Below, one piece after another: positions 1 to 10,841 of a stretch of 64,000 nt of DNA. This stretch comes from Polyangiales bacterium. GTDB lineage: Bacteria > Myxococcota_A > Polyangia > Polyangiales > Polyangiaceae. The notes under the pieces are model-generated. The model saw only the letters and a program-made list of their open reading frames with translations. It did not search any database and was not told where the DNA came from. Numbering within the stretch: position 1 is the first letter of the stretch; every line of letters begins with the position of its first letter. The translations under genes and the position numbers were made by a program. The DNA lies in assembly GCA_038231275.1 (NCBI GenBank), contig JBBRLQ010000022.1, positions 1 to 64,000 on the forward strand, in the 5' to 3' direction.

Positions 1-1
1 C

Positions 2-433
<432 letters not shown>

Positions 434-682
434 CCGCCCGGGACAGGCCCACCCGCGCCGCACGCCCGCCGCTCGCGCGATCAAAAGAGTCGCGGGATGC
501 GACCGGCTCCGCGTAGCGGGTCATTGCCCGCGGAGTCGATCGCACCCCGACCCCCCGATCCTGAGCAAGGCCCGCGCCACCGCGCGATTGGCCAGTTTTT
601 CCCGCGTTCCGGAGGTGGCGCGTGCAATTTCTGACGGCGCGTCCCCCAAATCCGAGTATGAGGCGCGGGGAAGAGGCGGCTT

Positions 683-2188
683 ATGTTCCAGGAGCAGCTC
701 GAGCACGAAGACGGTCGCGTGGAGCTCAAAGAAGGCGTCGTCTTGGACGATCCCGCCCTCTTCAACGAGGACCTCGCCCCCACGAGCGTGAGCAAGCGCA
801 CGTGGACGACGTACACGTACGCCGCGCTGTGGATCTCGATGGCGCACTGCATCCCGACCTACATGCTCGCGTCGGGCCTCGTCGCCCCCGAGCCGCGCGG
901 CCCCGGGATGAACTGGTGGCAAGCGCTCCTCACGATCCTCGTCGGCAACGCGATCGTGCTCGTGCCGATCCTCGCGAACTCGCACCCCGGCACCAAGTAC
1001 GGCATCCCCTTCCCCGTCTTCGCGCGCGCGGCGTATGGCGTCTTCGGCGCGAACGTCCCCGCGGTGATGCGCGCCCTCGTCGCGTGCGGGTGGTTCGGCA
1101 TCCAGTGCTGGATCGGCGGGCAAGCGCTCTCGACGTTCTTCCGATCGCTCATGCCGCAGACGTACGCCGCGCTCAACGCGGAGCCCATCGCCGGCCACGG
1201 GATCACGGAGTGGGTGAGCTTCCTCCTTTTTTGGGGGCTCAACATCCTCATCGTCTACCGCGGCATGGAGCTGCTTCGCAAAGTGGAGAACTGGGCGGCG
1301 CCGTACGTGCTCGTGATGACGGCCGCGCTCGTCGTGTGGGCGATCACAGAGGCCAAGGGGCTGGGGCCGATGCTGACCGCGCCGAGCCATTTTGCGACGT
1401 TCGGCGACTTCTGGAAGAAATTCGTCCCCAGCGTGACCGCGATGATCGGGTTCTGGGCGACTTTGTCGCTCAACATGCCGGATTTCACCCGCTACGGGCG
1501 ATCGCAGCGCGAACAGGCGATCGGGCAGGTGGTCGCGCTTCCGACGACGATGACCGTCTTCGCGGCGATGGGCGTCTTCATCACCAGCGCCTCGGCGGTC
1601 ATCTACGGCGAGGCGGTGTGGGATCCGGTCGATCTCGTCGGCCACTTCACGTCGCGCATCGTCGTCGCCGTCTCGATGTTCACCGTCGTCGTCGCGACGC
1701 TCAGCGTGAACATCGCGGCGAACGTCGTGTCGCCGGCCAACGATTTTGCGAACATGTCGCCGAGGCGCATCAGCTTTCGCACCGGCGGCCTCATCACCGG
1801 CGTGATCGGCATCCTGATGATGCCCTGGAAGCTCATCGCCGATCCCAGCGGGTACATCTTCAAATGGCTCCTCGGGTATTCAGGCGGCCTCGGCTCGATC
1901 GCCGGCGTGCTCATCTGCGACTACTGGTTCGTGCGCAAGAAGCGCCTCGCGCTGGCCGATCTGTACCGGCGCCACGGCGAGTACGCGTACGCGAGCCTCG
2001 GGACGAACTGGTCGGCGGTGATCGCGACGGCGTGCGGGTGCTTCTTCGCGTGGGTCGGGCTGCTCGTGCCCGCGCTGCGCGTCATGTTCGACTACGCGTG
2101 GTTCTCGGGAAGCATCGGCGCAGCGGCGATCTACGCGCTCCTCATGCGATCGCACCGTCCCAGCGACGCGAGCCTCAGCGCACCCTGA
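683..2188 (+). CDS. NCS1-family nucleobase:cation symporter (uracil/dihydropyrimidine permease, PydP-like)
   Basis: 501 aa, about 12 hydrophobic segments. NCS1 motifs NEDLAP, GTKYGIPFPV, GWFGIQ, LSLNMPDFTRY, NIAANVVSP. Confidence 0.93.
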   Translation: MFQEQLEHEDGRVELKEGVVLDDPALFNEDLAPTSVSKRTWTTYTYAALWISMAHCIPTYMLASGLVAPEPRGPGMNWWQALLTILVGNAIVLVPILANSHPGTKYGIPFPVFARAAYGVFGANVPAVMRALVACGWFGIQCWIGGQALSTFFRSLMPQTYAALNAEPIAGHGITEWVSFLLFWGLNILIVYRGMELLRKVENWAAPYVLVMTAALVVWAITEAKGLGPMLTAPSHFATFGDFWKKFVPSVTAMIGFWATLSLNMPDFTRYGRSQREQAIGQVVALPTTMTVFAAMGVFITSASAVIYGEAVWDPVDLVGHFTSRIVVAVSMFTVVVATLSVNIAANVVSPANDFANMSPRRISFRTGGLITGVIGILMMPWKLIADPSGYIFKWLLGYSGGLGSIAGVLICDYWFVRKKRLALADLYRRHGEYAYASLGTNWSAVIATACGCFFAWVGLLVPALRVMFDYAWFSGSIGAAAIYALLMRSHRPSDASLSAP

Positions 2189-3506
2189 TCTTCGGCGCGT
2201 GGGCCTGACGGGTGCGCAGCGGATGGCGTGACGCCGCGACCGGGCCGGCACTCGCTTGCGGCGCGACGACGGCGGGGCCGTGCGAGGTGACGCTCCACCC
2301 GACGACCCCGCACGTGACGAGGGCGGCGCCCGCGGCGATTCCGATGACGGCGCCCCATAGCGGCGACAATCGGGACATGGCCCCCGGTGGCGGCGCGTCC
2401 GAGTAAGACGCCGGCAGCAGCGACGGGGACGGCGTGTACGCGTACGGAGTCCCCATCACCTGCGCGCGCACGGAGCCCTCGGACGCGTAGCCGACCGAAG
2501 GCGCCGGCGGAACCGGGGGGGGCGGAGGGGGCGGCGACGGCGCTGGCGGCGCAGCGATCGCAGGGGGCGTCGTCTCGACGGGCTCGGGCGGAGGCACAGT
2601 CGCGAGCACGCAGACGAGCGACGCGCGCCCTCGCTCGCCGTCGGCGACGTCATGGAGAATTCGCGCCATCTCCGCGGCGTCGAGCCTCCGACGCGCGGGA
2701 TCCGGCTCGAGCCCGCGGCGGAGCGCGTCGGACACGGAGCGAGGGAGGTCCGGCCGCTGCGTCTCGACGGGCGGAATGCTCGGCTCCGCCATCGCGCGGA
2801 GGAAATCGATTTCGGAGAGCCGACCGCGCGTGAACGCCGGCGCGCCGACGAGAAGCTCGCGCAAGAGCAGGCAGGCCGCGTAGACGTCGACGGCCGGCGT
2901 GATCGTGCCGCCCAGCACCTGCTCGGGGGCCATGTACCCGTCGGTGCCCTTGATGAGGCCGTCCTGCGTGTCGCTCGGCGTCCCGCTCACCTTGGCGATG
3001 CCGAAATCCGCGAGCTTCACGAACCCATCGCTTGGTACCAGCACGTTGCCCGGCGACACGTCACGATGGATCACCGGCGCCGGAGCGCCTGTCGCGGGAT
3101 CCCGAGCCGCGTGGGCCGCTGCGAGCGCGGAGAAGACGCGGCGCGCAACGTAGAACGACGCCTCGTCGGGGAGCCGCTGACCGCGCGACCGCAGCGTCGT
3201 GCGGAGCCGCGCGAGAGTGACGCCATCGACGTGCTCGAGCACGAGGGCGAGCTCGTCACCGTCCTCGAAAAAATCGTAGAGACGAACGATCGCGGGGTGG
3301 CCGAGGCGCGCGTAAGCCATCGCCTCCTGCGCGAGCATCCGCGCCATCGTCGGATCGGAGCGGTGGCGTGGGAGCAGGCGCTTCACGACGACCTGGCGCT
3401 CGAAGCCGAACGGCCCGCGCGACGTCGCGAGGAGGACTTCGCTCGTTCCCCCCATGCCCAGGCGGCGCACCACCGTGTATGGGCCAATCTTCGCCGCGTC
3501 CGACAT
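2175..3506 (-). CDS. Ser/Thr protein kinase with Pro-rich linker and C-terminal TM segment
   Basis: LGMGGTSEV, VVVKRL, HRDVSPGNVL, KLADFGIAK, GYMAPEQ. ATG at 3506 (MSDAAKIGPY) preferred over 3554. Confidence 0.92.
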   Translation of the reverse strand: MSDAAKIGPYTVVRRLGMGGTSEVLLATSRGPFGFERQVVVKRLLPRHRSDPTMARMLAQEAMAYARLGHPAIVRLYDFFEDGDELALVLEHVDGVTLARLRTTLRSRGQRLPDEASFYVARRVFSALAAAHAARDPATGAPAPVIHRDVSPGNVLVPSDGFVKLADFGIAKVSGTPSDTQDGLIKGTDGYMAPEQVLGGTITPAVDVYAACLLLRELLVGAPAFTRGRLSEIDFLRAMAEPSIPPVETQRPDLPRSVSDALRRGLEPDPARRRLDAAEMARILHDVADGERGRASLVCVLATVPPPEPVETTPPAIAAPPAPSPPPPPPPVPPAPSVGYASEGSVRAQVMGTPYAYTPSPSLLPASYSDAPPPGAMSRLSPLWGAVIGIAAGAALVTCGVVGWSVTSHGPAVVAPQASAGPVAASRHPLRTRQAHAPKIRVR

Positions 3507-3575
3507 CGTCGCCGTGCTTCTACACTCCGAAGCGACCGTTTCTCCCCGTCTCACGTTCGAGGAGGATGCTAACCG

Positions 3576-5768
3576 TCATTTAGACGCCGCAGAGACGTCC
3601 GCGAGCACGCGACGAAGCTCTGCAAAATCGAACGGCTTGCCCACCCGGCGGTTCGGCACCGAATCGAGGAACGCGCGCGCGGCCGGGGTGAAGGCGCCGG
3701 CGGTCATGAAGACGAACGAGCCCGCGGTGTCGGGTCGCGCGGCGATGGCCTGGCGATAGACCTCGACTCCGCTCACTCCCGGCATCATCAGATCGCAGAA
3801 CACGACGTCGAAGGTCTCCCCTTCGAGCCGCGCGAGCGCGTCCTCCCCCGACGTCGCCAGCACGAGCTCGTGCTCGCGGCCGAAGATCTTCTGGAGGACG
3901 CGCCCGATGGGCGCCTCGTCGTCCACCACCAGGATGCGCAGCGGCGTCGGCGACGACGGGAGCTGCACGGCGGCGCGTGCACGGACCGTCGGAGTGGCGG
4001 CGGCGGGCAGCGTCACGCGCGCGACGGTGCCCCGCCCGGCCTCGCTCTCGAGCTCGATGGAGCCTCCGAGGGCGTCGACGATCGCGTGGCAGATGGATAG
4101 GCCTAGGCCGGTGCCCACGCCGACCGGCTTGGTCGTGTAGAATGGGTCGAAAACGCGCGCGAGATCGCTCGACGGAATGCCGACGCCCGAGTCTTGGATC
4201 TCGACGACCGCAGCGCCGGTGGGGCTGGTGCGCGTCCTCACCCGCAGCGTGTGCTCAGCTCCTTCAGGGAGGGACTGCACGGCGTTGACGAGCAGGTTCA
4301 AGAACACCTGCGCGAGCCGCGCGTCGCTCCCGAGCACCCGCGGGACTTCGCCGTAGTCACGCACGAGGCGCGCGCGGTGGCGGATCTCGTTCTCTGCCAT
4401 GTGCAGCGCCGTGTCGAGGACCGTGCGCACGTCGACGGGTCGCCGCGTGTCCTCCGCCGGGCTCGAGAACGTCCGCAGATCGGCGACGATGTCCCGTACG
4501 CGTCGTCCGCCGCTGACCGCGTCCTGGATCGCGGGCAGCAGCTCCTCGAGGCGATCCATGAGCGGCCCCGCCTCGGGGAGCGCGCTCAGCTCGACGACCG
4601 CGCGCTGCACGAAATCGAGGTTCGCGAGCACGTACGCGAGGGGGTTGTTGACCTCGTGCGCCACGCCGGCCGCCAGCGTGCCCACGCTGACCATGCGATC
4701 GGCGTGTTGCAGCTGCACTTGGATCCGGCGCCGCTCGGTCACGTCACGCGCGAACAAGAGCGTGGCCTCCGCGCCGTCGAAGTCCACGAAGTGCTGCGTC
4801 GCCTCCACGAAGAGGAGGGTCCCGTCGCGGCGGAGCATGCGAAGCTCGCTCGACGTGCCGGTCAACCGATCGAGCCGCGCGCGATCCTCGACGGCCACGA
4901 GCTCACGGAACGGGAGGTCGACGAGCTCGACGGCGTCCTCGTAGCCGAGGATGCGCCCGGCGAGGGGGTTGGCGTAGACGATCGAGCCGACACGATGGAC
5001 GAAGATCGCGTCGGGCGCGCGCTCGATGAGGCGCCGGAAGCTCGACTCGCTCCGCTCGAGCGCTTGCTCCACGGCGCGCCGTTCCGTGATGTCCTCGGCG
5101 ACCGACAGCACGACGACCCGCCCGCCGATCCGTACGGATTGCGAACGGACCTGGAACCAAATCGCGCGGCCGTCCAGCGTGACGAAGCGGAGCTCGCGAA
5201 GCAAGACGGGCTCGCCCGTCGACAAGACTCGCTGCACCTGCGCGCCGAATGCCTCGCGGAGCGCCGGGGGGTAACCAAGCTCGTCGAAGCGCTTGCCCGC
5301 GAGCTCGGAGGTCGTGCGGCCAAGCAGCTGCGCGTGCGCCTCGTTGGACAAGACGCAGCTGCCGTCCTCTCCGAACACCACGACCGGCGACGGGAGCGCG
5401 TCGAAGAACGTCTGCGCGAGCGGCTCGTCGGTGGTGGTGACGGCGCGCAAGCGGCAATAGAGGAGGTCGCCGTGCGGGTCGACCTGCCACGACATCCAGC
5501 GGTAGCTTCCGTCGGGCTGCTGCCAGCGCGCGTCGAACGTCCCGCGGGTGCCGCGCGACGCGAAGCGCTGAAGCGCCCCTTGCGTGCGCTCGCGGTCCTC
5601 GGGGTGAACCATCTCGACGCAGGGCTTCCCCACGATCTCGGCCTCGGCGCAGCCGAAGACAATCAAGAGAGACGCGTTGACGTGGTGGACCCTCCCCTCC
5701 GCGTCGAGAACGCAGAGCGCCTCGCGCGACTGGGAAAAGAAGCTCTCGAAGACCGCGGCCGTCACCAA
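3576..5768 (-). CDS. Hybrid sensor histidine kinase (3 PAS + HisKA + HATPase + receiver)
   Basis: Three PAS/PAC repeats (HPEDRE, EDITERR, RDVTERR); H-box AHEVNNPL; NLLVNA; DSGVGI; GTGLGLSI; receiver LVVDDE, CDLMMP. Confidence 0.93.
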   Translation of the reverse strand: MVTAAVFESFFSQSREALCVLDAEGRVHHVNASLLIVFGCAEAEIVGKPCVEMVHPEDRERTQGALQRFASRGTRGTFDARWQQPDGSYRWMSWQVDPHGDLLYCRLRAVTTTDEPLAQTFFDALPSPVVVFGEDGSCVLSNEAHAQLLGRTTSELAGKRFDELGYPPALREAFGAQVQRVLSTGEPVLLRELRFVTLDGRAIWFQVRSQSVRIGGRVVVLSVAEDITERRAVEQALERSESSFRRLIERAPDAIFVHRVGSIVYANPLAGRILGYEDAVELVDLPFRELVAVEDRARLDRLTGTSSELRMLRRDGTLLFVEATQHFVDFDGAEATLLFARDVTERRRIQVQLQHADRMVSVGTLAAGVAHEVNNPLAYVLANLDFVQRAVVELSALPEAGPLMDRLEELLPAIQDAVSGGRRVRDIVADLRTFSSPAEDTRRPVDVRTVLDTALHMAENEIRHRARLVRDYGEVPRVLGSDARLAQVFLNLLVNAVQSLPEGAEHTLRVRTRTSPTGAAVVEIQDSGVGIPSSDLARVFDPFYTTKPVGVGTGLGLSICHAIVDALGGSIELESEAGRGTVARVTLPAAATPTVRARAAVQLPSSPTPLRILVVDDEAPIGRVLQKIFGREHELVLATSGEDALARLEGETFDVVFCDLMMPGVSGVEVYRQAIAARPDTAGSFVFMTAGAFTPAARAFLDSVPNRRVGKPFDFAELRRVLADVSAASK

Positions 5769-5831
5769 CGTCCGAACGGCCTTCTTGGACGCCCCTTGAG
5801 AGCGAACGAGCGGTCGCGCTCGGAATCGGGG

Positions 5832-7223
5832 TCAGAGCGCGAACGTGCCGCGTTTCACGAAGCGGCCGTCGCCGGTCTTGCCGGTGTACTTGCCGTTCTC
5901 GACGACGACCTTGCCGTGCGACAGCACGTGTGTCGGGAAGCCGACCACTTCTTTCCCCTCGTAGGGCGTGTAGTCGACGCGCATGTGCAGCGTCTTGTCG
6001 CTGAGGATGTGCTTCTTCTCGGGGTCCCACACGAGCAGATCGGCGTCGGCCCCGACCGCGATCGTCCCCTTCTTCGGGTAGAGGCCGAAGATCTTCGCGG
6101 GCGCGGTGCTCGTGATCTCGACGAAGCGGTTCATCGTGATGCGGCCGGCCCGGACGCCGCCGTCCCACAGCATGTACATGCGCGTCTCGACGCCAGGCAT
6201 GCCGTTGGGGATCTTGGCGAAGCTGTCCTTCCCGAGCTCCTTCTGGCCCTTCATGCAAAAGGGGCAGTGGTCGGTCGAGACGACCTGCAAATCATGCGTG
6301 CGGAGACCGCGCCACAGGTCCTCCTGCATGCTCTTGGGTCGCAGGGGGGGCGTGCACACGAACTTGGCGCCCTCGAAGCCGGGCCGCGCGAGGTCTTCCT
6401 CCGACAGAAAGAGGTACTGCGGGCACGTCTCCGCGTACGCCGGCATTCCGCGATCGCGCGCCTCGACGACCTGCTTGAGCGCGCGCTCGGCCGACAGGTG
6501 GACGATGTACACCGGCGCGCCGGCCATCTCCGCGAGGCACAGCGCGCGGTGGGTCCCTTCGGCCTCGGCGATCTGCGGGCGGGTGAGCGCGTGGTAGATC
6601 GGCGAGGTGTGCCCCTTCGCGAGGGCTTGCTGGACCAGGATGTCGATCGGGATCCCGTTCTCCGCGTGCATGCAAATGAGGGCGCCAAGCTCCGAGGCCC
6701 GCTGCATTCCGCGGAAGATCTGTCCATCGTCGACGAAGAGGACGCCCGGGTAGGCCATGAACATCTTGAACGACGTGATGCCCTCCGACACGACCTGCCC
6801 CATCTCCTCGATGGTCGCGTCGTTCACGTCGGTCATGATCATGTGGAAGGCGTAGTCGACGGCGGCCTTGCCCTCGGCCTTGCCGTGCCAGAGGTCGAGC
6901 CCCTTCCGGAGCGGATCGCCCTTGGTCTGGATCGCGAAGTCGACGATGCAGGTCGTGCCGCCGTGCGCGGCGGCCAGCGTGCCGGTCTGGAAGTCGTCGC
7001 TCGAGGTGGTGCCGCCGAACGGCATGTCCATGTGCGTGTGAACGTCGATGCCGCCGGGGAGCACGTATTTCCCCTTCGCGTCGATCGTCACGTCCCACGG
7101 GCCGGGCGGCGCTGCGTCCACGCCGAAGATCGCGGCGATCTTGCCGTCGACGATCGCGACGTCGGCCGCGTACGTGTCCACTGCCGTCACAACCGTTCCA
7201 CCCTTGATGAGCGTGCGCGTCAT
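5832..7223 (-). CDS. hydA: Dihydropyrimidinase / D-hydantoinase
   Basis: PGGIDVHTH, SFKMFMAY, MHAENG, YIVHLS, ETCPQYL, STDHCPF, IPNGMPGVE. Confidence 0.96.
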   Translation of the reverse strand: MTRTLIKGGTVVTAVDTYAADVAIVDGKIAAIFGVDAAPPGPWDVTIDAKGKYVLPGGIDVHTHMDMPFGGTTSSDDFQTGTLAAAHGGTTCIVDFAIQTKGDPLRKGLDLWHGKAEGKAAVDYAFHMIMTDVNDATIEEMGQVVSEGITSFKMFMAYPGVLFVDDGQIFRGMQRASELGALICMHAENGIPIDILVQQALAKGHTSPIYHALTRPQIAEAEGTHRALCLAEMAGAPVYIVHLSAERALKQVVEARDRGMPAYAETCPQYLFLSEEDLARPGFEGAKFVCTPPLRPKSMQEDLWRGLRTHDLQVVSTDHCPFCMKGQKELGKDSFAKIPNGMPGVETRMYMLWDGGVRAGRITMNRFVEITSTAPAKIFGLYPKKGTIAVGADADLLVWDPEKKHILSDKTLHMRVDYTPYEGKEVVGFPTHVLSHGKVVVENGKYTGKTGDGRFVKRGTFAL

Positions 7224-7291
7224 GACCGCCGAGGATAGACGAGGAGTCGTTTGGCCGGAACGGGCAAACCGCTCGAGGGTAGAATGGCCTC

Positions 7292-9178
7292 ATGAGGAGC
7301 CTTGTCGTCGCCCGATCGGCGGAGCGCGTCGCCGCGATCGTCGACGTCCTCCGCCGCGAGGGCTTCGCGGTCGACGTGGCGCCGCCGCCGGTGACCAAGG
7401 AGCACACCGACTTCGCGGCGATTTTCCTCGACGACCAAGACGGCGAGACCGCCGCGACGCTCGACGCGTTGCGCGCGCTGTCCGACGCCGACGCGCCCCC
7501 CTTCGTCGCCGTTCTCGGCGTCCCCAGCGGCGACGAGGTCGCCGCGACGTACGTGCGCAGCGGCGCGCAGACCTGCCTCCCCGTCGAGCCCGGCGAGTTC
7601 GAGCGCCGCATGCGCTTCATCACGAACGCGATCCAGGTCCGCGCGAAGCTCAGCGCCGCGATGCGCGAGCTTCGCGCGACCGAGGAGCGCTGGCGCGTCG
7701 CGATCGGCGCGCTCGACGAGGGCATCATCATCCAGGCCGCCGATGGCCGGGTCACCAGCATGAACGCGGCGGCGGGCCGCATCCTCGGCATGACCCCCGA
7801 GGAGGTCGAGGCGCGGGCGTGGCGGAGGCCCGAGTGGGTCGTGCGCACCGTCGACGGCCGTCGCGTCCCTCTCGACGATCTGCCTGGGGCCCGGGCGCTT
7901 CGCGAGAAGCGGCCGATCGCCGGCGAGGTGTACTGCCTCACGGGCCCCCGCGGCGACACGCTGTGGGGGCTCGTGAGCTCGCACCCCATCCTCGACTCGA
8001 GTGCCGGCACCAGCGCCGCTGTGGTCACGACGATCCGCGATCTGACCGAGCAGCGGCGCCTCGAGATGCACGTCATGACGACCGAGCGCCTCACGTCTTT
8101 GGGACGCCTCGCCGCCAGCGTCGGCCACGAGATCAACAACCCCCTGACCTACGTGCTCGGCGGGATCGACGGCGTCGCCAGGCGCCTGCGCGCGCTCGGC
8201 TTGCGTGAGGAGGTCGAGATGCTCGACGAGGCGATGCTCGGCGCCGACCGCATCCGCACGATCGTCCGCGACTTGCGTGTATTCTCCACGCGTTCGGCCG
8301 AGGCCTACGGACCGGTCGACGTGCGCCGCGTCGTCGAGTCGTGCACGCGCATGGCGATGGCCGAGATAAGGCCGCGTGCGCGCCTCGTCGCGACGCACGG
8401 CGAGGTTCCGCTCGTCCGCGGCAACGAGGCGCGATTGGCGCAGGTGGTCCTGAACCTCCTCGTGAACGCGGCGCAGTCCCTCCCCGAGGGAGGCCTTGGC
8501 GACAACGTCGTCGCGGTGGAGACGCGGCGCGAGCCGGACGGCAGGGTCGCGATCGTCGTGCGCGACACCGGCGTGGGCATCGCGTCGGAGAACCTGCCCC
8601 TCGTAACGGAGCCCTTCTTCACGACGCGCGCGGAGTCGGGCGGGACCGGCCTCGGGCTCTCGATCTGCAAAGCGCTCGTCGCGGCGCAGGGGGGCGAGCT
8701 TCGTATCGCGAGCCCGCCGGGCGGAGGAACCGAGGTGACGGTGCTCCTCCTCGCCGCCACCGACGAGGCCGCGGTCGCGGCGCAGGACGATGTCGTTGTG
8801 GTGCCGACCGCACGACACCGTGTGCTCGTCATCGACGACGAGCCCTTGATCGCGCGGCTCATCGGCGAGTGCCTCCGCGGCTGCGAGGTCACGATCGCGA
8901 CGGGCGGTCGGCAGGCGATCGGCATCCTTCGCGACGGGCTCCCCTTCGACGCCGTCGTCTGCGATCTCATGATGCCGGAGACGAGCGGCGTCGACGTGCA
9001 CGCCTTCGTCCTCAGCGCGCGCCCCACGCTGGAGCCGCACATGCTCTTCATCACGGGCGGCGCCTATACGCCGCGCGCGCTCGCCTTCGTGGCGTCGGTA
9101 GCGGCGCGCTGCCTCGAGAAGCCGTTCACGCCCGACGCGATCGTCCTCTCCGTCGAGCGCGCGGTGAAGGGCTTCTGA
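7292..9178 (+). CDS. Hybrid sensor histidine kinase (degenerate N-terminal receiver-like region, PAS, HisKA, HATPase, receiver)
   Basis: GHEINNPL, NLLVNA, DTGVGI, GTGLGLSI, LVIDDE, CDLMMP. Confidence 0.92.
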   Translation: MRSLVVARSAERVAAIVDVLRREGFAVDVAPPPVTKEHTDFAAIFLDDQDGETAATLDALRALSDADAPPFVAVLGVPSGDEVAATYVRSGAQTCLPVEPGEFERRMRFITNAIQVRAKLSAAMRELRATEERWRVAIGALDEGIIIQAADGRVTSMNAAAGRILGMTPEEVEARAWRRPEWVVRTVDGRRVPLDDLPGARALREKRPIAGEVYCLTGPRGDTLWGLVSSHPILDSSAGTSAAVVTTIRDLTEQRRLEMHVMTTERLTSLGRLAASVGHEINNPLTYVLGGIDGVARRLRALGLREEVEMLDEAMLGADRIRTIVRDLRVFSTRSAEAYGPVDVRRVVESCTRMAMAEIRPRARLVATHGEVPLVRGNEARLAQVVLNLLVNAAQSLPEGGLGDNVVAVETRREPDGRVAIVVRDTGVGIASENLPLVTEPFFTTRAESGGTGLGLSICKALVAAQGGELRIASPPGGGTEVTVLLLAATDEAAVAAQDDVVVVPTARHRVLVIDDEPLIARLIGECLRGCEVTIATGGRQAIGILRDGLPFDAVVCDLMMPETSGVDVHAFVLSARPTLEPHMLFITGGAYTPRALAFVASVAARCLEKPFTPDAIVLSVERAVKGF

Positions 9179-9194
9179 GCCACGAGCCCGCGCC

Positions 9195-10634
9195 CTAGCT
9201 GACGAGCGACGACGGGGGCGCCTGCTCGCGGAGCTCGTCGGCGACCTCCCGCAGCTCGATGCGGAGCGTGCGCGCGGTCTCGTGCCGATCCTGCGGACGC
9301 TTCGCGAGCGCGCGCATCAGGATGTCCTCGAACAGCGGATCGATCCCCGGCACGAACTCCGAGGGCCGGCGAGGCGGCTCGGTCTCGTGCTTCATGAAGA
9401 GCTCGGCCAGCGTCGCTGCGGTGAACGGGTGCGCGCCGGTCGCCGCCTCGTACATCGTCATCCCGAGCGCGTAGATGTCCGTCCGCGCGTCGAGCACGGC
9501 GCCGCGGATCTGCTCGGGCGACATGTACGCCGGCGAGCCGCAGATCATGCCCCCGATGGTCAGCTCCTCTTCCGTGGCGCCACCCGACCCGTTCTTCAGC
9601 TTGGCCATCCCGAAGTCGCAGACCTTGACCAGATCGGTCGCTGCGAAATCGTCGTCGACCGCCGGCACCAGCAGAAGGTTCTCCGGCTTGATGTCGCGAT
9701 GGATGATCCCCTCCTGATGCGCGACCGCCAGCGCGCTCGCCACTTGGATCCCGATCTCCACGACGCGCAAGAGCGGCAGGCGCCCTTCGGTCTGGAGGAT
9801 CGCCTCGAGCGAGCGCCCGGCCACGTACTCCATCACCAAGTAGAGGAGGCCGTCCGGCTCCTGACCGAAATCGAGGACGCGCGTGACGTTGCGGTGATCG
9901 AGCCGGCTCGCCGCGCGCGCCTCGGCCTTGAAGCGCTTGACGAACTGCACCTCGTGTTGGTTTTGCGCGTGCAGGACCTTCACGGCCACCGCGCGACCCA
10001 AGTCCGTATGCATCGCGCGGTACACCGCGCCCGCGCCGCCGGCGCCGAGGAGCGCCTCGAGCTTGTATTTCCCAGCGACCACGCGCGACAAGAGCGGATC
10101 CTTCGGGGGCGGGGCCGCGACCACGACGACGGAGAGAGCCGCCGGACGCAGGCCGGACGGAGTGGCGGGCGGCACACCGGCCGCGGGGCCGGGCGAGGGA
10201 GGCACCGACTCCTTGACCCCCTCGATGAAGCAGCGGTCGACGACCGTGTCCTCCGACGGCGGCAGCGAGAAGGCGACCGGGATCGACTCCGGCCGCGCGG
10301 CTGCGTCGGCCTCCTCGGGCGGCGGGACCGAGTCGGACTCTGCCGGCACGTCGAGCTGCTCGGAGATGAGGTAGAGCTCCGCCGCCTGCACGCGCGTGCG
10401 AGGCCGAAATCGGAACGGGATGAGGCCGTCCGCCGGATCTCCCGCCCGCTCGCCCATGACGGAGACCTTTCGGTCGAACCCCGTCACCTCGAAGTGAAAG
10501 ACCGCCTCATCGGGCATCTCTGCCAACAGGTCGGCCGGCAACCGTGTCACGCCGTGACGAAGCGCGGCGCGCACGACGCGGCCGAGAATGCCGACGTGGG
10601 ACAGCCGGACGACGAGCTCCGCAGGGGTACTCAC
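9195..10634 (-). CDS. Ser/Thr protein kinase with uncharacterised N-terminal domain
   Basis: LGAGGAGAVY, VAVKVL, HRDIKPENL, KVCDFGMAK, YMSPEQ. Start uncertain (GTG 10634 chosen; ORF extends to 10712). Confidence 0.9.
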   Translation of the reverse strand: MSTPAELVVRLSHVGILGRVVRAALRHGVTRLPADLLAEMPDEAVFHFEVTGFDRKVSVMGERAGDPADGLIPFRFRPRTRVQAAELYLISEQLDVPAESDSVPPPEEADAAARPESIPVAFSLPPSEDTVVDRCFIEGVKESVPPSPGPAAGVPPATPSGLRPAALSVVVVAAPPPKDPLLSRVVAGKYKLEALLGAGGAGAVYRAMHTDLGRAVAVKVLHAQNQHEVQFVKRFKAEARAASRLDHRNVTRVLDFGQEPDGLLYLVMEYVAGRSLEAILQTEGRLPLLRVVEIGIQVASALAVAHQEGIIHRDIKPENLLLVPAVDDDFAATDLVKVCDFGMAKLKNGSGGATEEELTIGGMICGSPAYMSPEQIRGAVLDARTDIYALGMTMYEAATGAHPFTAATLAELFMKHETEPPRRPSEFVPGIDPLFEDILMRALAKRPQDRHETARTLRIELREVADELREQAPPSSLVS

Positions 10635-10841
10635 GGGGAGCGACCAATATAAGAGGGGTAAAGGGAGATTGGGGGCCCTCGTTTCCCCAAGCGCTGGCCC
10701 ACCTGGACGCACCTTTGCTCAAGCGCATGCGCCACGACATGGCGGCCGCGTGTTGTGCCGCGTCGGCACACCGTACCGAGCTCTTTTTCGCGGAAATTGT
10801 CGGGGTTTCGCCTGGTACGTCCCGTGCTGAGTGACACCCTC

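Noticed and set aside
616..632. Sigma54 promoter upstream of the NCS1 permease (TGGCGCG...)
   Set aside because: No GC at the required distance (GG-N10-GC not met).
4194..7238. 1014-aa plus-strand ORF (likewise 15217..17946, 22071..24902, 32571..35096, 37636..40983 on the minus strand)
   Set aside because: Antisense shadow ORFs of well-supported genes; expected in high-GC DNA and showing no recognisable motifs.
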